Shown piece after piece: positions 49,531 to 62,300 of a stretch of 64,000 bases of DNA. A model generated the notes under the pieces. It saw nothing but the letters and a program-made list of their open reading frames with translations, was not told where the DNA came from and made no database searches. Made by a program: the position numbers and the translations under genes. Positions within the stretch are counted from its first letter, which is position 1; the number at the start of each line of letters is the position of its first letter. The DNA is from Sphagnum compactum (Eukaryota), in NCBI GenBank assembly GCA_965153455.1, contig OZ234493.1, forward strand, positions 10,964,213 to 11,028,212, in the 5' to 3' direction.

Positions 49531-52426
49531 CTTGTTACTTGGCAATAGTCAACACCCAGCAAAATTCCAAGTTGATTATGATTTGAACTCATGGGGTCCT
49601 CCACTATTTCATGAAAACCTGACCTAGTTTCTGTTGTGCAGGCACCCATGAACATAATCTTGCTACTTGCCTTGTCATACCTTACAAGTTTATAAGGAGC
49701 CTAATCTGTAAGGTGCCACAACGATGGCAGGTTCAAATTATGTCGGTGTTTTTATTTTGATTAAGGGCATGTCTCATCTAGGGTTATATTGTTCTCAGGG
49801 TTGGGAACAAGGGTGGTATTATATTTTGTTCTTGGGCTTGGGAACACAGGCTACAGCCCTCATTGTCATTGGGGTTTTTTTTTTTTCTTTCCCAATTTTG
49901 TGATGTTGCTCAAGTGGTGATCATCCATGAGACATTTAGCCAGATTTGGTGCTAAGAAATTATGAAAGTAAAAAAGAAACTAGTATTTTTCTATATTTTT
50001 GGCTACCTGCTGGAACTTAGGATAGAACTTAGGATTTTAAAAAATAAAATTTGGAACTAAAAAAGTATAGAGAAACTAAAATTTCACAAATTTGAAAAAA
50101 CCTTTCTCCATATGAAAAAAATTTACCCAAAAAAAAAAGAAAATCTGGTTGCCATGCCCTCCAACAATGTAATGACCTACTTTGATTTTTTTAGTGTAAT
50201 TGGAGGGCATGTTACCTAGTGTAAAGACTAAAGACCTCCTCAGTTTTTTTTGGGTGTATTTAGAGCACATGTTGCAGAACATAGAAACTCACAGAGCTAT
50301 GAAATGCCTACAATGGGAATTCCATTTCCCGAAATGCGCAGGTTGAGCTTTAACTTACACGGTTTTTTTCTTCTCAGTTTGGGGGCATTTTGAGATATGT
50401 AAAACCTATTGGAATGGGTGTTCTGTTTTTCAAAACAGCCCCCAATTTTTTTGGGTTTTCCGGTCTGTGTATATCACACGACAAGGAAAGAAAAGAAAAT
50501 TAGGGCAAGTCTTTACACTCAAGAGCGCTTCATATAGCTATTGGCTGTCGCCCTTACCCTACACAAAAGCCCATTCCCACTGAACCTGCCCTTCCTCTTC
50601 ACAATCCAAACCAAGTGAATGGTTCTTCTCTACAAGGGTGGGATTCTTGTCATGGTCAGTTTCAAGGTGGTATGAATTGCAATCCTGTGATAAGTAGGGA
50701 GTTAAGTTGCATAACCACAAGTGCTGAATAGTTGAGAATCAATTTAGGAGTCACCCAGCTGGCATGGCTTCCAAGTTTTGGGGTTACAAAGATTTGGGCG
50801 GTGGACCACTTTTGCATGTCCTTCGACAGCCTTTGAGACAGCCCCTCACATATAATAGAAGTACGGGGAGATGTAAGCTAAATAGAAGCCAGCAGGATCT
50901 GAGCGACAGAGCAACAAAACCTCCTCAAATTGGATTGCTGCACATACTTTGTTCCAGAAGCCAGTTTCCCAAAACAGTAAAGTATACAACTTTTACAAAC
51001 TTTTTCTTCCAATTGTAATCAAATATTGAATTGTCCAAAATAGGAGAGTAAACATCATCAGCGCGCATCCTCTCCTCTCAAAATATTGCTATATATATAC
51101 ATATATATATGTTGCTTAGCAGAATCTACACAAGAGAAAACACACGAGGAGTTGTTGTTGCAATGGAATGGATAATAAAGACAAATCTCCAAGAATCATG
51201 ACTTAAAAAACTTGTTATGCAGCTCAGTGATAGAGTCCAAATGAGACTTCGCACAACTCAACCATGACCTCAGCTATGCTGGCTACTGTATGTACATACT
51301 TTGTTCAAGGGAGTGGACTTGCTTGCACAGGAGTTAGGCAGCAACCATGGGGGCTGATTGACTAGAATTGCAAAGCATTTTCTGCCACTGTAGTAGTGTA
51401 ATAGAATGAAAAGCATAAGTAAAGTACATATCTAATAAGTTTAGAGAATCTCCACCCACACCCCCCTATTTGGGCCTCTATCAAGGTTTTTATCAACATG
51501 TACAATGTTAATTATTCCTGCAAGCGCACCCATAAACTTGAACATGGTGAACTACTTATAAAGTGAGAAACCAGTGGAAATATTATCATCACCCGGGCCA
51601 ATCATTGCCATTGGCCAATGAAAAACAATCATTTCTTTTTGCAGGTCTTCTCAGAGGGCAGAGCATCATCGTTGGCATAATGTACAGGCCCAAAATAGAG
51701 TTTCAAGTTTCAACACTGATCATTTGATTACTAAAATTCATCCAAAATATGGTGTACAGGCCCTTTCATCGAGAAGTCAATCGAGAAATTTAGTTCCTTT
51801 TACACAATGTTCTTTTGGAGGGCACAATATTATGGCTATTTTGGAGGCCCAAACAGGGTCTCAAAGTTTGAACACTATTCATTTGATTTCTAAACGTCAT
51901 CCAAAATATAGTATAGTTTACTGCTATTCTAGACATGCACTTAAAAACCAAATCCACCGATCGATCGAGATGTGTGTGGGTCCTGCATTGTATGTGAGAA
52001 TATTTTGAGAGATCCAAACTAAGTGAGTTATTTAAAGTATAAATTTCATCCAAATTATTCTTACATGTGTTTTGATTATATTATTGTTAGTTGACATGCT
52101 CTTATACTTTGGTATGCGCTAGTGGTCATTGTGTTGCTCCCCAGTAGTAGGGTGCAGGGAGAGAGAGAGAGAAAATATATACTAGTAAATGCAACATGCA
52201 AATGCTATATATACACAGCTGTATGCGAAAAAATATTATTACAGCTGGTTGGAGTGGATAATGGCAAAAGAGGATGAGATTATCCACAAGGACTCTTGTC
52301 CTTGGTTTCTTTGCTAAGTCTTCCTTCATTCGGTGTGGCAGTTATTTGGGGTTGTATACTTAATTACTCTGTCATCATAAATCAAGCAAGCTGTTCAAAG
52401 CTTCCTGGTGGGGCCTCCCAAGTTAG

Positions 52427-52427
<1 letters not shown>

Positions 52428-52458
<31 letters not shown>
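52428..52458. repeat. (GT)n microsatellite
   Basis: Uninterrupted TG run. Similar runs at ~49501-49526 (CA) and ~52804-52828 (TG). Confidence 0.9.
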
Positions 52459-52464
<6 letters not shown>

Positions 52465-53659
52465 ATGGGAAGGTTAGGGGTAATGGGGTGGAAAGAGAAG
52501 ATGAAAAGCTTGATCTCATCCATCCATCCATACATCCATCCATAGGCAGCCAGTTGTCAGCCAATAATCCAAACTTATTCCTGGATGCTAAGTTCTGGCT
52601 TGTGCAAAGCAAAAAGTAGTTATGTACTTGGGGTAGGTACTTAATCTATTACCCACAACTGCAAAGCTCAGAACAAAGGGGGAGAATGGTATGTGTAAGT
52701 ATGTGTGTTGCCTTACTGCAATGTCCTCAGAGGCAATAATGCTGGGGGCATATCTTTACAGCCTATTGTGACAAGTACATTTACTTATTATTTGTGACAT
52801 ATATGTGTGTGTGTGTGTGTGTGTGTGTTTTTTTTCCCTCAAAAACATTTTTTGCAAAATCAAATAATTCTCTACCCCATCAGCATCTTCCTAACTTTGC
52901 ACAAAACCCATCAACAAAAAAAAAAAAAAAAAAGAAAATGAAAAAGAGAAGTTAGTCATATGCAATCCAACAATTCTTATTGTCACCATTTTAATGAATT
53001 TAAAACTATCATAATCTGAAAACACCCAAAACACACTAAACCCTCCCCCACCCCTCTGCCCCTAAAGAAGCAATTTTTTTGGTAAGATCATATGAATATA
53101 ATGAATTTAAGTTCACTAAAAGAAAAAAAGGAAAATCTTCATAATTACAACCACAAAAATCTTACATATTATTATGGTTAATATTGATTTTTATTAACCA
53201 ATGGTTAAAAGATGACAAAAAAATTAATGCCGACATATACAACATATGCAAATATGTTTTTATTTATTTTAAAAATTGTCACAATAGCCCCCTTTAGATG
53301 AATGTCAACACCCATTAGTTTTACATTCATTACCCCCCCAAAGTACCTAGTAGTAGCACCCCTTTGTTTTAAAATCCAAAAAAATGAAATAAAATGAAAT
53401 ATTAAAAAAAAAGAAATATAAGGTCGACCACGTTTTCCTACCTACCAGCGACCAACTCTAGCTCTCTCTACCCCCACTCACAAACCGCCACGTGGCTGCC
53501 AACAATTTTCTCCCAACTACCTATCTACATAAGCAGAGGCCTATGTAAAACTAGATCACTTCAGTTGGGGAAAAAGGACAGTCAAGATTTGTACACGTCA
53601 TCCAATCTTATCCATATACAGTACCGTTCCCGATTCCGTCGTGAATGGCCTTTTTGTGT

Positions 53660-54730
53660 GTCTGTCCTTCCGTCGAACTTCAGTCGATTTCTTTTCCTCT
53701 CCTCTTTCTCTTATCTCATCGTTCTCTTTTCGGCCACTGTGTATTTGTGCCTTCTTAGTTTCTCTCTGTTCTCCTCCTCTCTTCATCTTTTCCTCCTTCT
53801 GTTCATCTTTTTCTTTTCCCTCCTTCTATTTCTTCTTTCCTCCTCGTCCTCTTCCTCTTAGTGCTTTTCCCCTATCTTTTTTTATTATTGTAAAACTCTT
53901 TTCTCCTTTTCTTCTAGTTTTCTTTTGCACTAAAATCTTTCTTCTTCTTTTTTTGCCTCTGTTGATGAGTAAAGAAATCCTACTCAAACTTAATTTAATT
54001 AATTCTGTTTCTTTTTCTTATGCACTCTCTCTTTTACCTACAAAAGTAGGTACAAATTCCATTCTTTTGCTTTTCCTTCTGTCTTCTAGCTTCTCTTCTT
54101 ATCCATTCTCTCTCTTTTACCTCTTTCTAGGTAAGGTACTTTCTTTATGAACTTCTTTGTTCTTCTGCCATCTTCATCTTCTCTTTCACAGTTTTTCTTT
54201 TTATGTTAGGTTACTTTCGTTCCCTAACCAGTATTTCTTTTTTACTTACAAAGAAGTAGGCTCTTCCGTTGTTCTTCTTTTCCTTCTGTTTTCTATCTTT
54301 TTCTCTTGTCGATGCTCCCTCTTTTACTTACCTCTTTGAAGGTTCTTTCTGTGTTCTACTTTTTCTTCTATCTTGTTCAGCTCTTATCCAATCTGTCTGT
54401 GACCTCTTTTGCAGGTAGTTTTGTGGTTTCTTTTTCCGTCTGACTTTTTTCTTTCTTTTCTCTTATGTAGTCTCTCTTTTACCTACAAAGTAAGTACTTC
54501 CATTGTTCTTATCCATTCTCTCTCTCTCTCTCTCTTTTGCTTACCTCTTTTTCAGCTAAGTTCTTTCCTTATTGTTCTTTTATCTGCTATCTTCTTTTTC
54601 TTATCCAATTTCTCACTTTTCACCTCTATGCAAGTAGGTACTAGGTACCTACTTTCTTTCTTTATCCAGTATTTATTTTTACCTTTCAGTACTTTCTTTC
54701 TCTTGCTTGGTTGTTTTTTGGTCTTCACAC
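53660..54730. repeat. ~1-kb pyrimidine-rich low-complexity tract
   Basis: C/T-dominated plus strand with recurring TTACCTACAAAGTAGGTA-like motifs. Confidence 0.8.
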
Positions 54731-54788
54731 TACCAATCCAATCAAAATGCTTGTTCTCGTAGCAAAGGTCCCCTCGAGGGCGAACCGG

Positions 54789-55090
54789 CACCCATGTTGG
54801 TACCTCCACATTTTTTGAGTGAGGCCTCTTAATGGTCATATTAAGCCCAAAAGATGTTAGATTTGAACTCGGAGACCCTGATTTTAATCTCCGGTTCGGA
54901 CATTTAGAAACAATTAAATGGATTTTGGGTACATCGAGCACCCATGTTGGGTACCTTTACCTTTTTTAAGTGAGGCCTCTTAGTGGTCATACCTTACCTA
55001 TTAAGCCCCCAAAGAGGTTAGATTTGTACTCCGGAAACCCGGATTTAGTCTAAGCATGGGACATTTAGAAATAATTCAATGGATTTTGGG
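54789..55090. repeat. ~150-bp diverged tandem duplication upstream of TPS
   Basis: CACCCATGTTGG...GTGAGGCCTCTTA...GGACATTTAGAAA...ATGGATTTTGGG at 54789 and 54939. Confidence 0.9.
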
Positions 55091-55775
55091 ATTTTTACCA
55101 TGGTACCAACTTGGGTAGCTGGTTCACCCCAGGCTCTAACCCAACACACCCACCCACTCACCCACCATTGGTTTTTTTTTAAAGTTTTTTTTTCCTTCTT
55201 TTCCGGGGAAAGAGAGGGAGAGGAGAGGGGGTGAAGTGAGGGTGGGGTGTTGGGGGGAGGGGGGTGTTTTTTCAGAGCCTTCCATTCTCGCTATCCTTTT
55301 GCACGCTCGTTTGTTCGCTCATGGCCACCGCAAGTTTCATTCTCTTTTGTTTCTGGTGTCGTGATCGAGGAAAGGAATTTGTTGGTGATACTGCAGTCGC
55401 TTGTGTTGTTATGATTCGCTGAAACCCAAGTTCGTCTTGAAGAAAGGTTGTTTGTCTTTGTTTGTTGTTGTTGTTGTTGCGGTTTGGTTTGGTTTTGTTT
55501 TTGTTTTTGGGGGGTATGTTGTTGTTGTTGCTGCTGCTCATGAATCTTCTTCTTCTCGTGCTGGACACGCGTTTCGTGGTTCGCAGGAGGAAAAGTTTTG
55601 TGTGTTTTGAAGGACGTTGTGATTTGGATTCCGGGACAGAGATTCTTCTGCCTCTCGTTTTCCGCTTGCGGGTGGAATCAATGATGTGAGCGAGCAAAGC
55701 TTGTTGCTTGTTTTTGGTTTTTGTGTTTTGTGTGTGGGCTTTTGCCCGGGGGAGGGGGGGAGGGGGAGTGTGGCG

Positions 55776-58700
55776 ATGGCTTCGAGGTCGTATAGTAACT
55801 TGTTGGAGTTGGTCGAGGGTTCGAGTCTCGGGGATGATTCGAGCTCGATGGGCAGTGTGCAAGCGGGAGGGATGCGAAGGATGGTGGGGAGAGGAGCAGG
55901 AGGAGGAGGAGGAGGAAGAGGGGGTATGACGGGTGGATTGCGACGAGCGGCGACGGTGTCAGGGATCTACAGTGAGAGCAGGGAAGAGGAAGGAAGCAGG
56001 TCGCGAGGGGATGAGAGTGTGAGCACCGAGGCGTCGGTTCTGTCGGAAGAGAATCGAATGCTGATCGTGGCGCATATTTTGCCGTTGAATGCGGCGCCGG
56101 GTCCCGACGGGCGGAGTTGGAGCTTCGAATGGGACCGGGACTCGCTTCTATGGCAGCTCAAAGATGGGTTGCCTGACGAGATGGAGGTGATCTACATCGG
56201 GTGTTTGAAGGTGGAAGTGGATAGCAGCGAACAAGATGAAGTGGCTGCTACTTTGCTGGAGAATTTCAACTGCGTGCCTGCTTTCCTTCCCACGGATCTG
56301 AAGAACAGATTCTATCACGGCTTCTGTAAGCAGATGCTATGGCCGTTGTTTCATTACCTCTTGCCCCTCAGTGCTGCCCATGGTGGTCGCTTCAACAGGT
56401 CCTACTGGCAGGCATATGTCTCTGTGAACAAGGTACGTTTTTGTACATACCCATCAACCCTCTTGCAGAATTGCATGTGCAAGAGTCTCCCCTACTCCCC
56501 AGCGAAAGCAAGTCACGGCATTGCCAAGCAAGAGAGAGAGAGATATCTTTTTCCAGAGCTATTACTACTAAACTCAGCATCATCATCATCACGAAATCAT
56601 CCTTCCATGGCATGGGGTATGTGCATGGCAGGTTTTTGCTGACAAGGTGATGGAGGTGATCAGCCCAGATGATGACTATGTGTGGGTGCATGACTATCAC
56701 CTTATGGTGTTGCCCACTTTCTTGCGCAAGCGCTTCAATAAGGTGAAGCTTGGCTATTTTCTTCACAGTCCTTTTCCATCTTCAGAGATCTATCGCACTC
56801 TGCCGGTGCGGGATGAGATCCTGAGGGCCTTGTTGAATGCAGATCTGATTGGGTTCCACACTTTTGATTATGCCCGCCATTTTTTATCTTGTTGTAGTCG
56901 GATGTTGGGTCTGGAGTATGAGTCGAAGCGGGGTAACATTGGATTGGAGTACTATGGCCGCACTGTTGGCATCAAGATCATGCCTGTCGGCATACACATG
57001 GGCCAGTTCAATGCCAGCTTGGGGTTGGCTGACACCAAGTGGCGAATTGGTGAACTCAGGGAAGAGTTCAAGGGCAAGACAGTGTTTCTTGGGGTTGATG
57101 ATATGGACATTTTCAAGGGCATTGGCCTCAAGTTTCTGGCCTTGGAAGAGATGCTGAAGCAGCATCCCCAGTGGAAAGGCAAGGTGGTTTTGGTGCAAAT
57201 TGCTAATCCTGCAAGGGGAAGAGGCAGAGATATTGAGGAGGCGCAGGCTGAGGCGTATTCCATAGCTGACAGAATCAACAGAGAGATGGGAAACGAGAGT
57301 TACCGGCCAGTGGTTTTGCTAGAGAGGCATGTGCCCCTGTATGAAAGGATTGCCTTCTACACCATAGCTAAGTGCTGTGTGGTGACAGCAGTGCGTGATG
57401 GTATGAACCTCATTCCTTATGAGTACATTGTCTGTAGGGAGGGTGGCTGTCAACTAGATGCCACTGCAGTCAAAAAGAGCATGCTGATTGTGTCAGAGTT
57501 CATTGGTTGTTCTCCGTCTTTGAGTGGGGCGATAAGGGTGAATCCCTGGAACATTGAGATGGTGGCAGATGCCATGAATAATGCCATCAGCTTGAAAGAG
57601 ACAGAGCAGCATCTGCGACATGAGAAGCATTACAAGTATGTTAGTACCCATGATGTCGCATACTGGTCTAAGAGCTTTATGCTTGATCTGGAGAGAATCT
57701 GCCGGGATCATACCCGACGGCGTTGTTATGGGATTGGATTTGGACTTGGCTTCCGTGTTGTTGCCTTGGACCCAAGCTTCAAGAAGCTTAGAACTGAACT
57801 CATTGTATCGGCATATAAGAAGAGCAACAGACGAGCTATCCTGTTGGATTATGATGGTACTATGATGCCTGCATCACACAAGGAGAGTCCCAGCATTGAA
57901 GTCCTTTCTCTCTTGAACACACTCTGTAGTGATCCGAAGAATGTTGTGTTTATTATAAGTGGGCGGCCACGAAGCAAACTAGCAGAGTGGTTCCTCCCAT
58001 GCGAAAAGCTAGGCCTTGCAGCTGAACATGGCTTCTTCTACAGGTATAGACCTGATTCTCAACCTCTGCTTTCCGTCATCCCTCACCAGTTTTGCAGTTT
58101 GTTTGTGCAGAACCACACAACTTGTAAATGACTGGGTGCTCAAGTTCCTGATATCTCTAGTTTGAGCTATGTATATGCAGGTGGCAAAGGGACTTGGACT
58201 GGGCCACATGCCGGTGGCAGAATGCACCAGAATGGGACCGCCACAATGCATTGGAGCGGGACATGCCGGTCATGAGCTTTGAATGGAAGCAGGTGGCAGA
58301 GCCAGTGATGCTGCTCTACACAGAGAGCACGGATGGTTCCTACATTGAGTACAAGGAGAGTGCACTGGTGTGGCACCATCAATATGCTGATCCTGATTTT
58401 GGGTCATGGCAGGCCAAAGAAATGCAAGATCACCTGGAGAGTGTCCTGGCCAATGAGCCTGTCACTGTGAAAAGTGGTGCACAGATTGTGGAAGTTACTC
58501 CTCAGGTATATATGGTCTCTGCACTTATTCTTCTAGTATTTGTTTTGGTTTGGATGCGATTGACACAACAGTTTTTTGGTTATGTTCCATGTTTTTCTGG
58601 ACTTTTTTTGCAAATCACATTGATATTCTTTTTAGTGGCCAAAGTGGATGCACTGCATCCACCTAGTTGCCAATATATATTTCCTGCACTAAACTTTGAG

Positions 58701-59323
58701 CAGGTTATTGTATATTAACTACGCTGACTGTTGGGAGCTGATGAAGTTAGTTGTCAGGGATGGCAGCTAGTTGTTGCCAATCATGATGAAGTTGATATTT
58801 GATAATATGTGAGTCACTAGAAGCTTGTGACTGCATTCAGTCTTGTCATGTTCTTTTTGGGTTTGACCAGAACTGACACAACATTTTCTTGGTGATTGTC
58901 TTCTCTGCAATCACATTGATGTCCTACTACTGCATCCAAATTTGAGTGGAAGTTCTTATCCATTATGAGAAGGAATTTCTGATTGTGTTCATTGTGTGGC
59001 AGGGAGTGAGCAAAGGGGTTGTAGTGGAGAAGCTACTTCTGATGATGGAGATTGAACGTGGGTCATTGCCAGACTTTGTTTTGTGTGTTGGAGATGATCG
59101 GTCTGATGAAGATATGTTTGAGAGCATTGAGCTGCTGATGAATGATGCCCCTAGTGCCGAGGTTTTTGCTTGTACAGTGGGCCAAAAGCCAAGCAAGGCC
59201 AAGTACTACTTGGATGACACTGTGGAAGTAACTAAGATGCTGCAAGGCTTGGCATCTGCATCTGATGCTCCAACTGCCATTTCCCATTCCCAGTTCCCAG
59301 ATTTAGCATCACTTCACATATAG
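55776..59323 (+). CDS. TPS: Class II trehalose-6-phosphate synthase/phosphatase (TPS5-11-like); exons 55776-56432, 56632-58043, 58181-58505, 59003-59323
   Basis: N-terminal MASRSYSNLLEL. GT20 domain (FYHGFCKQMLWPLFHY, WVHDYHLMVLP, FLHSPFPSSEIYR, RDGMNLIPYEY). HAD/TPP domain (LDYDGTM, SGR, AAEHG, GVSKG, GDDRSDEDMF). GT-AG introns in frame. Confidence 0.97.
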
Positions 59324-62300
59324 GTAGCTGCACTCCCACGTTGTAAAGAATACTTTTTGTTGCCATTCTTTTGATCATGAGCTGGAACTGCAAGGTTTAC
59401 ATTGCTTATAGGTTTGGGTCAGGGATGATAACCCTCAAGCAGCCCACCAGTACCATAAGGGAATGAATTGTGACTGAGTAGTGTTGGAGATCATGACTTT
59501 TGCAGTTTTTTTTTAATCTTGAGTGCGGTTTGCCATTTTCAGAGTGATTGAATTTTATTTAGACTGAAGATAAGATGGAGGGAGATGTGCTTGGTTTTTT
59601 GGGTCTATTTTTCTTGCCTATTGAGGTAGCCTTGCATTGTAAAGTTTGACAGGAATGGATATGATACAAGCTTTGGAGAATTTTTTCATATGACAGAGCA
59701 GTGTACCCTTGATGTTGGAAATAGATAGATGGAAACTATCAGCCTCCAGTTGTGGATTGTCTATTTGTACTGTCTATTGCTCAGAAATGTTGTTTAGCAC
59801 TTCTTTTGCCATCCCGTTCTCCAGGAGCCAACTGCGCCAAATTTGTTAAATTGTTTGTTTTTGTGGTTGCAGTGCTGCTTTAGGAGTTCAGAGAAAGGCA
59901 GTAGGATCACACTAATGAACCTACATGTACTCTCGGTTTGATTGCAATTTTGAACAAGCAAGGCCTGTGCCACCAATTGTTTCCAGGTATGGGCTTGTAA
60001 TTCATATCTTCAGGTTTGAAATTGACATATTTTTGTCGTTGACAGTCATGCACTTACAGGTCAAGTAACAGCTGGCTGGCATTTTTTTTTGTGGCAGGAA
60101 AATGGGAGCACTGTATTTTCAACCTTTGTACTGAGAATGCTGTAGTGTGCATATTGGGGCCCAAGTGTAACCTAGTTTAACCTCAATCATAGACAGCCAT
60201 AATAGTCAATTTGGTTGGCTAAGGCAAAGATGCTTCTTGGATTTGGTGTTTCATACAGTGTGTTATTTTAATTGGTTCTCAGTAGAGATGTGCACCAAAA
60301 GTTGTTAAGTCATTGTTGTTCACATGCTGCTCATGAAGCTGTTTGTGCAGCATGGGGATGAATTGATGGGTGAGTGATGCATTCATCACTCATCAGTCTC
60401 ATGCAATACAACAGAAAGGGCATGATGGCTTCTCCAGACTTTGCCAGTTTTATTGAGTTTACATCATGGGCTGTTTGTGGCATGCACCAAATGCGCCTCC
60501 TGCATAACAGAGCCTTTGATTTCCAGCAGAGTCACCTTCAGGAGTTTGTGAAACCAACAATTGGCTTGTCATCAAAGAGGGGCAGATCTGGTGCACATAT
60601 GACAGGTCCTATAGAGATTTGTTTTAGGTCATCATCCTCGATGACTGTTTGCAGTGTAGTAATGGATGACTTGCTTGAAGGTGTGTGCAATGACAGATTG
60701 CTGGAATTAGAGGTCGCCATGTATTTGTGATCTCATGGAACCACGATTGACTCGACTCATCTGGTCTTTCTACGCTCCTAAGTAGAGTTCTTACAGGGAC
60801 TGCTTTGGTGGAGTTGGTCAGGTGCGGCTTGCTCTCTGTGTTCATGACATATGTCCTGTCCGATTATGCCAACAACATTGCTGGAGTTATTGCTGTTGCT
60901 TTCTTCCCAATGCTACATACACATCCAAGAATTATTTTTTGTTATCAAAGAAACACAGATTGCGAAGTTTCATCAAGCTCCTCTCTGTAGGATTTGTGAG
61001 CCACCCATCTTGCCTGGTGACAAGCTTTTTTGTGACGATATCTGTGGATTCTTTGGAGACGATTGCTTGCTTCTTTGTCCTACTAGGAGCATCACCATAG
61101 CTGACAAGATCAATGCAAAATCAAAGTGAGGTTTGAAGCAGTATTGGGGGGGGGGGTATTGAATTCTGTTGATAACCTTCAGTTTCAGTTTTTGTTTTTT
61201 ACTTCTCAACTTTAGATTCAAAGAACCTCCAGTTCCAGTTTTTTGAAAATTACTTTTATCAAGGGACCTCTGCTTCTGGTTATTTCAAACACCTCAAAGA
61301 ATAAAACCAGCTGTTTTACTGGGGAAGAACTGCTAATGTGATATGAAGGTTATTGGATCAGTATTTGTTCTTTTGGGCACTGTGGTTATATATCAGAACC
61401 AGTTCTTTGATTTTTACGAACTGCAGCTATGAATCAAGGAATTGACTGTGAGAGTGACTGGAGAGGGTTTTGGTGCTGTTTCTGATACATGAATAATTTG
61501 AACCATAGAATCTCTCTTCTTTCCACTTGAGAAATGGATTGGAGTGGGATGAATAGGTAGAATAGTGTGCCATTTTGTTTTATTCCAAAAGTTTCAAGTG
61601 TTGATGAATCAAGTGCTAACTCTTATTGTAATATCACATTAGTGAGTGTCAAACCTTTGCTAATGTCTTTGAAATCATTGCTTATTATGATCAATACTAA
61701 TGAAAAAGGAGCCAATGAAAGGAGATTATCCTTCATTTAACTTTGATGCGCTGTCTACATATCATCTGCCTATCTTATGGCTTATGTCGAAAAGGTGTAA
61801 TGTGGCAACATAAAAAGTAAGGAGATGCTCCAAGTGATCAGTGCTAATCCAAAAAACAATCTCCCCCATGGTTGTTTTTTGGATCAGCACTAATTTCATC
61901 AGCAAATGTTCTAGGCTGACTGCTTGTACATGTAGCAATGAGTGCTGATTTCCACTTATGTCATTAGCACTAATCTCTGTTGAGATAAGCACATGTTTGA
62001 CACTCACTACTATATATTGAGGTTACTTATAATTCTTTATAAAATTAGTTTTCAAGGTTGTTGACAACACAACCCACACATTCACTTTAATGCTTAAATT
62101 ACACATGTTTCTTGAACTAAGCAAACATCAATGGAAATAATGCTATGTACATACATAAGAAAACAAGTTCACTTAGGCCTTCACGCATACATTATTTCCT
62201 CCTTTCATGGTTGAAAGGCTCAACAAAAGATAATATGAGCTTCAACAAGGGGAAAGGTTTACTCACAAACGAGGCCTTCATTTGAATAAGCGAAATGATA

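Noticed and set aside
50500-52700. Possible small-peptide, miRNA or TAS locus (TATA-like tract at ~51090, short ORFs)
   Set aside because: No conserved miRNA sequence, miR390 site, convincing hairpin or recognisable peptide found by eye.
53565-54762. Phe/Leu/Ser-rich membrane-like ORFs
   Set aside because: Artefact of the polypyrimidine tract, which lacks stop codons.
55272-55862. 196-aa minus-strand ORF
   Set aside because: Antisense to the TPS leader and exon 1. Low complexity with no recognisable family.
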